This document shows positions 18,607-27,295 of a stretch of DNA of 30,146 nt, one piece after another. Source of the DNA: Candidatus Fermentibacteraceae bacterium. Its GTDB lineage: Bacteria > Fermentibacterota > Fermentibacteria > Fermentibacterales > JCC-6. The stretch covers positions 1 to 30,146 of the forward strand of contig JBGSZS010000006.1 of the NCBI GenBank assembly GCA_041750285.1. Direction: 5' to 3'. Every line of letters starts with the position of its first letter. The first letter of the stretch is position 1. Position numbers and translations under genes: made by a program. The notes below the pieces were generated by a model. The model saw only the letters and a program-made list of their open reading frames with translations, was not told the origin of the DNA and did not search any database.

Positions 18607-19694
18607 ACCAACCCCCGGACCAGGGTTTCGGCGTAAGTGGCCCAGCCGAATCTCTCCGCCCATTTGCCGATCCTGCCGTCAAGCTCGGGGTCGTCGAGAA
18701 GAAGCCGGCACCTTGTGACGGCCCCGGCCAGGGCCTGCGGATCGGGTTCGGCGGTCTCCCCGGTCAGTCCCGGCGACACGGTTTCGCCAAGGCTTCCCAC
18801 AGTGGTTACGACCATGGGCTTGTGAAACGCCAGGGCAATCTGGGCCACACCGCTCTGGGTGGCGGTGCGGTAGGGCAGGACCACGATGTCCGAAGCCATG
18901 AAGTACAGCCCTACATCAGAGTCCGGGACGAAGGAGTCGAACCTCATGAACCTTCCGCCCAGGGACGATGCGAGCTCCGAAAGATCGTCCTCGGAACCGT
19001 AGTTCTCACCCGCGGCGATCAGAACGTGGTTGTCGGGGAGGAGCTTCATGGCCTGAACCATCAGGTCAAGCCCCTTGTAACGCCTTACCAGTCCGAAGAA
19101 CAGAAGGGCGGTGCAACCCTCGGGAATACCAAGCCTGCTCCGGGCCTCCTCCCGAGTGGGCGCGCCTGAAACGTACTGATCGTATATGGGGTGAAAAAGG
19201 CTGACAACCCTTCCCCGGAAAGATGCCGCCCTCTCTCCGTCTGCCGAACCGTGGACGACAACGATGTCCATTTTGTTCAGGAAATGCCTTCCGAGTGCCC
19301 CCGAAAAAGGGAAACCTTCGTGGGGGTGAAGGTTGTGGCAAACGGCCGCTGCCGGAATGCCGCGGGGAAGACAGGCCGAAAGGCATGGGGCGAAGAAGGG
19401 GTGCCACCACTGAACGACGATTGCGTCGCAGCCGAGCGAGGATATCTTCCTGCGGGCGCCGGGCCATGAGAAAGGACTGGCGGGACGGAGCAGCGGCATG
19501 TCGGCCCTTGGCGCGCAAGGCACGGAGTCTTCGTACTGACTTTTACCGGGGAACAGGAAACCCGGATAGAGCGACCTGAAGCCGACCCTCACAACCTGGT
19601 GCCCCGCAAGCTCAAGGGCGCCCGCAAGGCGGGAGTTGAACTGGGAAATCCCCCCCCTGAGGGGTGGAAAGGGACCCAAAAGGCAGATTCTCAT
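18603..19694 (-). CDS. Glycosyltransferase family 4
   Basis: PPLRGGISQF, LFFGLVRRYKGLD, DIVVLPYRTATQSGV, KPMVVTTVGSL. Confidence 0.93.
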   Translation of the reverse strand: MRICLLGPFPPLRGGISQFNSRLAGALELAGHQVVRVGFRSLYPGFLFPGKSQYEDSVPCAPRADMPLLRPASPFSWPGARRKISSLGCDAIVVQWWHPFFAPCLSACLPRGIPAAAVCHNLHPHEGFPFSGALGRHFLNKMDIVVVHGSADGERAASFRGRVVSLFHPIYDQYVSGAPTREEARSRLGIPEGCTALLFFGLVRRYKGLDLMVQAMKLLPDNHVLIAAGENYGSEDDLSELASSLGGRFMRFDSFVPDSDVGLYFMASDIVVLPYRTATQSGVAQIALAFHKPMVVTTVGSLGETVSPGLTGETAEPDPQALAGAVTRCRLLLDDPELDGRIGKWAERFGWATYAETLVRGLV

Positions 19695-20630
19695 TCAGTC
19701 GGTTCTCTCGACCGGATCAGCGGGTCTGCTTCCACTGAACCTCAGTATCATCTCGCCCAGCAGACCCATGGAAATGAACTGAAAACCGGCCAGCATGAGG
19801 AACACTCCGAAGAGGAGAAGGGGACGGTTCCCTATGGGCTCGCCCATGAACCAGAGAACCGAAAGGTATGCGCTGACAACGAAACCCGCTGCGGTGAGGA
19901 CGGTTCCGATCCCGCCGAAGAAGTGGAGGGGGCGGAACGAGTAGTGGTTGAGGAAGAGGACGGTCAGCAGGTCGCTGAAGCCTCTGAAGTATCTGGCCCA
20001 GCCGTACTTGCTCCTGCCGTACCTGCGCGGTCTGTGGTTCACGGGAACCTCGCCGACGCTGAAACCGTTCATGGCGGCAAGCACCGGGGTGTAACGGTGC
20101 ATCTCGCCGTACAGGTCGAGGCTCCGGGCAGCATCACGGCGGTACACCTTGAGCCCGCAGTTGAAGTCGTGAAGCCTGATCCCGGTGGATCTTCTGACAA
20201 CGGCGTTGAACAACCGGGAGGGGACGGTCTTGTCGGCCGGGTCGTGCCTGACCTTTTTCCACCCGCTCACGAGCTGAAGGCCGTTTTCAACCGCGTGGTC
20301 TATCATTCCGGGGATCTCGGAAGGATCATCCTGAAGGTCGGCATCGAGGGTGGCTATCCAGTCGCCCCGGGCTTCACGTATCCCGGCGGCAAGGGCTGCT
20401 GCCTTTCCCTGGTTGCGGCCGAACCGGAGCCCGGTGAGGGGGTGGAGCCTGGAGAGGTGCGTTATCACGCTCCAGGTCTTGTCGGTGCTGCCGTCATCGA
20501 CGATGACCGCATTCCAGACCCTGCCTTCCAGGGCTCTGGATGTCTCTTCGAGAAGCTCCGGAAGGCTCCCGGCCTCGTTGAATGCCGGGATCACCACCGT
20601 CAGGGTTCTGTCAGCCGTCGAAACGCTCAA
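19695..20630 (-). CDS. GT2 polyprenol-phosphate glycosyltransferase (ArnC/GtrB/DPM1-like) with C-terminal TM pair
   Basis: VVIPAFNE, VDDGSTD, DADLQDDP, HDFNCGLK, HRPRRYGRSKY, two C-terminal TMs. Start uncertain (TTG 20630 or 20651). Confidence 0.93.
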   Translation of the reverse strand: MSVSTADRTLTVVIPAFNEAGSLPELLEETSRALEGRVWNAVIVDDGSTDKTWSVITHLSRLHPLTGLRFGRNQGKAAALAAGIREARGDWIATLDADLQDDPSEIPGMIDHAVENGLQLVSGWKKVRHDPADKTVPSRLFNAVVRRSTGIRLHDFNCGLKVYRRDAARSLDLYGEMHRYTPVLAAMNGFSVGEVPVNHRPRRYGRSKYGWARYFRGFSDLLTVLFLNHYSFRPLHFFGGIGTVLTAAGFVVSAYLSVLWFMGEPIGNRPLLLFGVFLMLAGFQFISMGLLGEMILRFSGSRPADPVERTD

Positions 20631-21330
20631 GCGAGGGTATCCCTTCTTCAACTTTCAAGTATGTGAAGGAGCCGATCCAATCGCCAAGCGACACGAACAC
20701 CCCGCCGGACATCGGGATGAGCGAAGGTACATGGGTGTGGCCCGTAACCACGAGGTCGCATTCTTCAAGCTGCTCTACGGCCCAGTCCCGAAGGTGGGGG
20801 GGGATCACTCTGACCTTTTTCCTCAGGTACTTCCTGCTGGTGTCGCTGAAAAGCATCGCGAACGCCGTGGCCGGTGCTGGGTGAAGCAGGGAGTATGCGA
20901 ACCTCGATATCCCCGCTCTGAGGACGGGCTTGAACGCCCTGTAGCACCAGTCGCCCCGGCCCATGCCGTCTCCGTGGGCCAGGACGGCCTTGATGCCTCC
21001 AAGGTCTGCCCTCAGGGGGGTCTGACGGAGTACAGTCATGCCGGTCTCGCGGGAGAACAGCCTTCCAACCCACCAGTCATGATTGCCCGGGATGAAGTTC
21101 ATGGTCCACCCTGCGTCGGACAGCTCTCTCAGGCGGCAGAGCACCCGCCCGTATCCGGCCGGGATCAGTGTGGAGTACTCGAACCAGAAATCGAACAGGT
21201 CACCCAGTATCCACAGTGTTTGTGGTTCAGTGCCCGCCAGGTATCTCAGGAACCCCACAAGTGTTTCCCGTCCGGGATGGGGTGTACCCTCGGGAGAAAG
21301 ATGCGCGTCGCTTATCAGGAAATGCTTCAC
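20611..21330 (-). CDS. lpxH: Calcineurin-like phosphoesterase, UDP-2,3-diacylglucosamine hydrolase (LpxH)-like
   Basis: ISDAHL, LGDLFDFW, PGNHD, HGD, GHTH, LGDWI. Confidence 0.75.
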   Translation of the reverse strand: MKHFLISDAHLSPEGTPHPGRETLVGFLRYLAGTEPQTLWILGDLFDFWFEYSTLIPAGYGRVLCRLRELSDAGWTMNFIPGNHDWWVGRLFSRETGMTVLRQTPLRADLGGIKAVLAHGDGMGRGDWCYRAFKPVLRAGISRFAYSLLHPAPATAFAMLFSDTSRKYLRKKVRVIPPHLRDWAVEQLEECDLVVTGHTHVPSLIPMSGGVFVSLGDWIGSFTYLKVEEGIPSLERFDG

Positions 21331-21827
21331 CGACTGTCCCTGAAAAGCCGCTGGGCGCAGCCGACCCCGTCCGCCCTGTGTTCCACGCCCCCCGGCAGCA
21401 CGAGGACCGCAGCCGGGAGGATGGCCGGATCGACGAAATCGAGAAGGCTCCCGTCGCCGAGGTAGGCAGTCAGGGGAAGACCCAGTCTGTTGATCACGGA
21501 CTGCGAGGCATTCCGGGAATCGGTGTCGAACTGGACCGGAGCAGGCAGAATGCCGCTTCCCTCGATCGTGGCCATGAACACGAGGTCGGGGTCGCTCTGG
21601 TCGCAGTTCTCAAGCGGGATCCAGACGTAGAGGAGAACGCCGTCGAGGGAATCGGTCGGGACGGGAGTGAATCCGCCGGAGTCCGGGCGGCTCAGGGTGC
21701 CTGGCAGCTGGACGACCGGGGCCGCCTCTTCGCCGCCGGTGGTTTGCGTTTCCGGACCGCCGCACCCGGGCAGCCAGAATGCGGGAAGAAGAAAGAGGGC
21801 GAGGAATGCCTTTTTTGCGGTGTTCAC
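21327..21827 (-). CDS. Probable lipoprotein, possibly a degenerate thioredoxin/TlpA-like fold
   Basis: SD GGAGG before GTG 21827; KK plus hydrophobic stretch plus LPG-C lipobox-like site. Confidence 0.7.
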   Translation of the reverse strand: MNTAKKAFLALFLLPAFWLPGCGGPETQTTGGEEAAPVVQLPGTLSRPDSGGFTPVPTDSLDGVLLYVWIPLENCDQSDPDLVFMATIEGSGILPAPVQFDTDSRNASQSVINRLGLPLTAYLGDGSLLDFVDPAILPAAVLVLPGGVEHRADGVGCAQRLFRDSR

Positions 21828-22120
21828 TCTGGAACCTCCCGAACGACCGTGAATGAAGCCCCGTCGGGAAGGGCAGTGTAGCGGATGACTCCGGGGTCGA
21901 GCGGGGGGTCGAGCCGTCTGGACTGGGAAACCGTGACATACAGGGTGTCGTCCCCGGTTACGATGAGGCTCTCGGGTCCGAGGAAGTAGCTGCCGGGCCC
22001 CAGGGCGACGGCCAGAGCGGCCGTCTCGTCGACCCTTGAGATCGTGGAAGCCGGAGCAGTGAATACAAAAGGCACGGCGAGACACAGAACCCACGCCCCC
22101 AGCAGAACGGCCCTTCTCAA
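21824..22120 (-). CDS. Hypothetical exported or membrane-anchored protein (98 aa)
   Basis: SD GAGGGGAGG before TTG 22120; signal-like MRRAVLLGAWVLCLAVPF; stop overlaps the next start (GTGA). Confidence 0.6.
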   Translation of the reverse strand: MRRAVLLGAWVLCLAVPFVFTAPASTISRVDETAALAVALGPGSYFLGPESLIVTGDDTLYVTVSQSRRLDPPLDPGVIRYTALPDGASFTVVREVPE

Positions 22121-22250
22121 TCTTCCTCCCCTCACGCGGTAAGCCTTGAACCAGTGGAAACTATGAATACGTGCCCGATTTCGCAAGAGCCGGCGACTTG
22201 ATTCCCGGGTGCCGGATGAATAGCTTTGACCAGTCCCGTGAGAGGAGAGC

Positions 22251-24542
22251 ATGAGCACACCGGATCTGTTCGACAGCCTGAAGCCGGGCCACGGGACTGC
22301 TGCCGCCCCTCCCCGGGATGAGGGTCCCTCGTATCCAGAACCCGGGCTTTCCCCGAACGCTCTCCGGGTTCTCTCCAAGCGCTATCTCAGGCGCTCCGAG
22401 GACGGAAGGCTTCTCGAAACCCCCGGCGGCATGTTCCGCAGGGTCGCCGAAGCAGTCGCCTCGGCGGAAGATTCATGGGACGGCGACGCGGCGGAATGGG
22501 CCGGCGTATTCTATTCGATGATGACGAAGGGAGAGTTTCTGCCCAACTCCCCCACGCTCATAAACGCGGGAGGCGGGATGGGCCAGCTCTCCGCATGTTT
22601 CGTCCTTCCCGTCGAAGACAGCATGGAAAGCATCTTCAACGCCGTGAAGAACACGGCCCTCATTCACAAGAGCGGCGGCGGAACGGGTTTCTCCTTCAGC
22701 AGGATCAGGCCGGCCCAGGATCTGGTCAGCACCACCATGGGTGTCTCGAGCGGCCCGATCTCCTTCATGACGGTCTTTGACAGGGCCACCGACACGGTGA
22801 AGCAGGGCGGCGTGAGGCGCGGAGCCAACATGGCCGTCCTGAGGGTCGACCACCCCGACATCATGGCCTTTGTGAACTGCAAGCGCGACATGGCGAACCT
22901 GAACAACTTCAACCTGTCGGTGGCCATCACCGACACGTTCCTCGCCGCTCTTGAAGCAGGCGGCGACTACGGTCTTGTGAACCCCAGGACCGGAGAGGTG
23001 ACCGGCGCCCTCTCCGCCCGTGAGGTTTTCGATGCAATAGTTGACTCAGCCTGGGCGAGCGGAGAACCCGGGATCATCTTCATCGACCTTATGAACCGGG
23101 CCAATCCCACACCCCATGTGGGCGATATCGAGGCCACCAACCCATGCGGCGAGCAACCCCTTCTGCCCTACGAGGCATGCAACCTGGGGTCGGTCAACCT
23201 GAGCGTCATGGGAGTTCCCGAGAAGCGGTCGGTCGACTGGAACCTTCTGGAGAAGACTGTCCGCCGGGGCATCAGGTTTCTCGACGACGTGATCCAGGTC
23301 AACAGGTACCCTCTTCCCGAGATCTCCTCCATGGTCGCCGGCAACAGGAAGATCGGCCTGGGTGTCATGGGCTTTGCCGAGCTCCTGTTCAGCCTGGGCA
23401 TTCCATACGACAGCGATGAGGCCCTGTGTCTCGCCGAGCGGACAATGAGCTTCATCGCGGACAAGGCGCTGGGGGAGAGCGTGGAGCTGGCGAAGAGAAG
23501 GGGCGCCTTCCCCAACTTCAAGGGAAGCGTGTACGACCGCAACGGAATGCCCCCCGTGAGGAACGCCACGGTGACGACAATCGCCCCCACTGGTTCCATC
23601 AGCATCATCGCGGGGTGCTCCAGCGGGATCGAGCCCGTGTTCGCCCTGGCCTTCACCCGGAAGAACCTGCTGGACGATGGCGAGGAGATGCGGGAAGTCG
23701 TTCCCGTTTTCGAGGCAGTGGCCCGGGAGAGGGGATTTGGCACTGACGAGTTCCTGTCCCGCCTTGCGTTGAAGGGGTCACTTGCCGGAATGGATGAGGT
23801 GCCGGAGGATGTTCGGAGGGTCTTCGTGACATCCCACGACATCAGTCCGGAATGGCACGTGCGCATGCAGGCTGCTTTCCAGAAGTTCACCGACAACGCC
23901 GTGAGCAAGACTGTCAACCTTCCCGGAAACGCGACCAGGGAGGATGTGGCCCGGGTGTTCCTGCTTGCGGGTGAACTTGGCTGCAAGGGAGTGACGGTCT
24001 ACCGCGACGGCAGCAGGGACAGGCAGGTGCTCAACCTGGGCCGGAGCGAGACCGTCGTCGCACAGGCGCCCATCGCAGAACCCAGGAGCCGCCCCGAGTT
24101 CGTCTCGGGTACGACGCGCAGGATTAAGACCGGATGCGGTGACCTTTTCGTCACAATCAACCGCGACGAGAAGGGTCCGGTGGAGGTTTTCAGCAGACTC
24201 GGAAAGGCCGGCGGGTGTGCATCCAGCCAGGGAGAAGCCCTTTGCCGGATGATCAGCCTTGCCCTGTCGAACCATGTTCCACCCGAAGCCATAGTCCGGG
24301 AGCTGAGGGGGATCAGCTGCAACAGGCCGGGCTGGCAGGGAGGGCAGCGGATCAACAGCTGCGCCGACGCGATAGCCCTCGCCCTCGAAACTGGCCAGGC
24401 ACCGAAGGAAGCCGCCGGCAGCGAGCATGGCGAGCCGCAGCCGGGGCTCCCGGGGGCATGCCCCAATTGCGGCGCAGGTCTCAAGCACGAATCGGGGTGT
24501 GTGTCGTGCGCTCTGGACTGTGGCTATACCGAGTGCGGCTGA
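22251..24542 (+). CDS. nrdJ: Vitamin B12-dependent (class II) ribonucleotide reductase with C-terminal TSCPD domain and Zn-ribbon
   Basis: FLPNSPTL, QLSACFV, GGGTG, RRGANM, ATNPCGEQ, CNLGS, TIAPTGSIS, SKTVN, KGVTVYRDGS, TGCG..F, SCADA, CPNC..CGYTECG. SD GAGAGGAG. Confidence 0.97.
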   Translation: MSTPDLFDSLKPGHGTAAAPPRDEGPSYPEPGLSPNALRVLSKRYLRRSEDGRLLETPGGMFRRVAEAVASAEDSWDGDAAEWAGVFYSMMTKGEFLPNSPTLINAGGGMGQLSACFVLPVEDSMESIFNAVKNTALIHKSGGGTGFSFSRIRPAQDLVSTTMGVSSGPISFMTVFDRATDTVKQGGVRRGANMAVLRVDHPDIMAFVNCKRDMANLNNFNLSVAITDTFLAALEAGGDYGLVNPRTGEVTGALSAREVFDAIVDSAWASGEPGIIFIDLMNRANPTPHVGDIEATNPCGEQPLLPYEACNLGSVNLSVMGVPEKRSVDWNLLEKTVRRGIRFLDDVIQVNRYPLPEISSMVAGNRKIGLGVMGFAELLFSLGIPYDSDEALCLAERTMSFIADKALGESVELAKRRGAFPNFKGSVYDRNGMPPVRNATVTTIAPTGSISIIAGCSSGIEPVFALAFTRKNLLDDGEEMREVVPVFEAVARERGFGTDEFLSRLALKGSLAGMDEVPEDVRRVFVTSHDISPEWHVRMQAAFQKFTDNAVSKTVNLPGNATREDVARVFLLAGELGCKGVTVYRDGSRDRQVLNLGRSETVVAQAPIAEPRSRPEFVSGTTRRIKTGCGDLFVTINRDEKGPVEVFSRLGKAGGCASSQGEALCRMISLALSNHVPPEAIVRELRGISCNRPGWQGGQRINSCADAIALALETGQAPKEAAGSEHGEPQPGLPGACPNCGAGLKHESGCVSCALDCGYTECG

Positions 24543-24548
24543 TGCCGG

Positions 24549-24773
24549 TCAGTCGCTTTTCGCCGCGATCTCCCCAAGCGCCCGTCCCAGGGCTTCGTGA
24601 ACCTTCTCCATCAGGTCGGGGGAAAGGGTGATCCCCTTTTTGGTGGGCTTCCACTCGCCGTCCTCCGCCATGTAGTAGGTTCTCACTTCGATGTACTGAC
24701 GCCCCTTGAACTCGGTGGCATTGACCCTTACGAGGTCCTCGCCCTTTTCTATGTCCGCGTAGTTCTTGTCCAT
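24549..24773 (-). CDS. PC4/p15 (YdbC-like) ssDNA-binding family protein
   Basis: EFKGRQYIEVRTYY...GEWKPTKKGITL; SD AAGGA. Confidence 0.92.
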   Translation of the reverse strand: MDKNYADIEKGEDLVRVNATEFKGRQYIEVRTYYMAEDGEWKPTKKGITLSPDLMEKVHEALGRALGEIAAKSD

Positions 24774-24847
24774 GTCCCTTTTCCTTCCGGTTTCGTAAGC
24801 CGGTACTCTTTGCTTTGCGCATCCGGCTCGTCAAGGGTACGGCGGAT

Positions 24848-24880
24848 TGGTAGAATTGTTCCGTCACTCATCGAGGAGGT
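24848..24880 (+). promoter_or_regulatory. Extended -10 promoter-like element and strong SD for the PAS gene
   Basis: TGG-TAGAAT at 24848-24856; GAGGAGGT at 24873-24880. Confidence 0.45.
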
Positions 24881-24886
24881 TTTTTT

Positions 24887-27295
24887 CTGAACGGTCCCGA
24901 GCTTTCCGCCTTGCCACCCCGAGTGCTGCTGGACGGAGTCGACTGCAGCGTGATCATCATGGACCGTTGCCGAAGGGTGAAGGTCATGAACCGGTCTGCC
25001 CGGGACCTTTCGGGAAACACGTGGCAGGCAGGTGACGAAGGAGCGCTCTGCCACAGGGTGCTTTTCAACATCGATGAGCCATGTCCCGGTTGTCCCGTGA
25101 CCGAAGCCCTTGAAACAGGGCTTCCGACCGGTCACGAAGTGGAAGTCGCCGGCAGGTCATTCGTTGTGAAGGCGATTCCCGAGAATGTCACCGGCCTTGT
25201 CGTGTGCTGCCTGAGGGAGGTAACCGGGACCAGGGACCTTCTCTCAAGGCTCGAGGCCAGCGAGAGGCAGTATTCAAGGATCGTGAGCGGAATGCCCATC
25301 GGGATCGTCATCGGTGAGATAATAACGGACAGCAGGGGAAAACCCCAAGATTACAGGATACTCGAGGCCAATCCCGCGTTCGAGGACCACACGGGCATAC
25401 CGGCTGACAAGATACTCAACAAGAGGATCACCAGGGTCTTTCCAAACATGAGGGATGACCTGAAGGTCGACCTTTTCGCCAATGTGGTCGTAACGGGCGA
25501 GCCGGTGGAGTTGAGCGGTTTTTTCAAGGTGATCCACAGGCATGTTCACCTCTTCGTCTTCTGCGTGCAGCCCGGCAGGTTCGCACTGATAATAAACGAC
25601 CTGTCCGAGAGGAAGGCCGTGGAGGACAGGCTCAGGCTCGTGGAGAACGCGGTCGACGCAAGTACTGACGAGGTCTACTTCCTGAACGAGAGCGGGTACT
25701 TCGTCTACGGCAACACGGCAGTCTCGGAAAAACTTGGTGTCAAGAGGCAGGACCTGAAAAGCGTTCATATCTCCAGCTTCAACCCAACCATCTCCCCCGA
25801 GTGGTGGGGTGATTTCCTTGCGCAGATCAGGAAAAGGGGACACTTCCAGATAGAATCGGTGCACCGGAGGGGCGACGGTACTCAATACCCGGTCGAACTC
25901 AACAGCACACTGGTCAAGACCGGCCGTTGTGAGATCATCTGCACCATCGCGCGGGACACGACCGCCCAGACAACGGAACTCACGACTCTGAGCAGAAGCC
26001 GTGATCACATGGAGAACGCCCTCGATGCCGCGGCACTTGGTTTCTGGGCGTTGTCCCCCCTCTCGGGCAATTTCAGTTCCGACAGGAGGTGGGCGATCCT
26101 CACGGGGCAGGGCAGCGCTCCACTGAGCGGGGCGGCTGAAGACCTGCTCTATCCAGCGATCCACATCGGCGACAGAAGGCGGCTTCGGCTCGAGTTCACG
26201 TCCAGCCCCCACGAGAATGGTGTTATCGGGTGCAGGCTCTCAAGGGGTGAAGGCGCCCGACGGATCAGGATCAGGTGGCACCGAAGCCGAGACAAGTCCG
26301 GGTTGAAGATCGTGGCGGTTGTCGAGGACACCACTTCCGAGCGGTCTCTGGGCCTTGCCGCTCTCGGAAGCGATTCCGCCGCAATGGAAGCCCTGCTCTG
26401 CTACTCCGGTGAGCTGCTCGCACGGCTGAAGAAGGCCTCTGACGCTGCGGAGTCGGGCGACATCCATTCCGTCCGACGGCTCCTGTCCGACATCACCGAC
26501 GACATCGGGTCACTTGCCCCCCCTTCCGTGGAGTTCGACGACTCCGTTTATCTCGACACATTTCTCAAGGAGCTTTCCCCGACCGTTCAGGACCTTCTGG
26601 GCCCCGGCGGCGTTCTGACGCTCGAGATTCCTCCGAGCGCCTCCGTCCACGTCGCCCCCGAACTGCTGGAAAGGTTTTTCATGCGCCTGGCGGGCTTCGC
26701 GGGGGCCGTGTTTCCGGAAGCTGTTTCGATGCAGGTCTGGTCACTCTCCGGTTGCGGTGTGACAGGCATCATGCGTGTAACCGTCGACCTTGAGGTCCCG
26801 GTTCCCGCCTCGGGCATCAATCCCGGCCATCCGGCACTCATCGAGGCCTACTCTGCAGTGCGGGCCATGAAGGGAACCGTTTCCGCCGATCGCACAGACA
26901 ACGGAATTCGCTTCACCGTGAACCTCCCCGGTTCGGCAATGGAACCGTCGGGAAGGGTTGTGATCGCCACGGACAACGACATCGAGGGACGGACGGTTGC
27001 CACCGTGCTGCATCACATGAACATGAGGTGCCAGGTCTTCTCCAGCGCCACCGAGGCGATCGAGGCCCTTGAACAGGGCGACTCGCTCGTTCTTTCCGTT
27101 GGGTTGCCCGATTTTCCCGGCGAGTTGCCGGACAGGACCCTCGTTCTCGGTTCGGGCTACTCCGGTCCCGCCGTCAACCTGCCCAAACCCTGGACCATCA
27201 CCGCACTGAGGGCTGCAATAAGGCGGGTCGTGCAGATGGAGGCGGGCCCTGGTCGCGCCCCGGCCTTTCAGAGGTCCCTCACCGGTTCCGCTTGA
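24887..27295 (+). CDS. Multi-PAS sensor protein with degenerate histidine-kinase and receiver domains
   Basis: About four PAS/PAC repeats (e.g. DYRILEANPAFE, HRRGDGTQYPVE) and C-terminal HATPase-like and REC-like segments. Start is CTG 24887 or TTG 24911. Confidence 0.85.
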   Translation: MNGPELSALPPRVLLDGVDCSVIIMDRCRRVKVMNRSARDLSGNTWQAGDEGALCHRVLFNIDEPCPGCPVTEALETGLPTGHEVEVAGRSFVVKAIPENVTGLVVCCLREVTGTRDLLSRLEASERQYSRIVSGMPIGIVIGEIITDSRGKPQDYRILEANPAFEDHTGIPADKILNKRITRVFPNMRDDLKVDLFANVVVTGEPVELSGFFKVIHRHVHLFVFCVQPGRFALIINDLSERKAVEDRLRLVENAVDASTDEVYFLNESGYFVYGNTAVSEKLGVKRQDLKSVHISSFNPTISPEWWGDFLAQIRKRGHFQIESVHRRGDGTQYPVELNSTLVKTGRCEIICTIARDTTAQTTELTTLSRSRDHMENALDAAALGFWALSPLSGNFSSDRRWAILTGQGSAPLSGAAEDLLYPAIHIGDRRRLRLEFTSSPHENGVIGCRLSRGEGARRIRIRWHRSRDKSGLKIVAVVEDTTSERSLGLAALGSDSAAMEALLCYSGELLARLKKASDAAESGDIHSVRRLLSDITDDIGSLAPPSVEFDDSVYLDTFLKELSPTVQDLLGPGGVLTLEIPPSASVHVAPELLERFFMRLAGFAGAVFPEAVSMQVWSLSGCGVTGIMRVTVDLEVPVPASGINPGHPALIEAYSAVRAMKGTVSADRTDNGIRFTVNLPGSAMEPSGRVVIATDNDIEGRTVATVLHHMNMRCQVFSSATEAIEALEQGDSLVLSVGLPDFPGELPDRTLVLGSGYSGPAVNLPKPWTITALRAAIRRVVQMEAGPGRAPAFQRSLTGSA

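Noticed and set aside
22121..22250. NrdR boxes or a cobalamin riboswitch upstream of nrdJ
   Set aside because: No match to the NrdR consensus is visible, and the spacer is short and lacks a B12 box.
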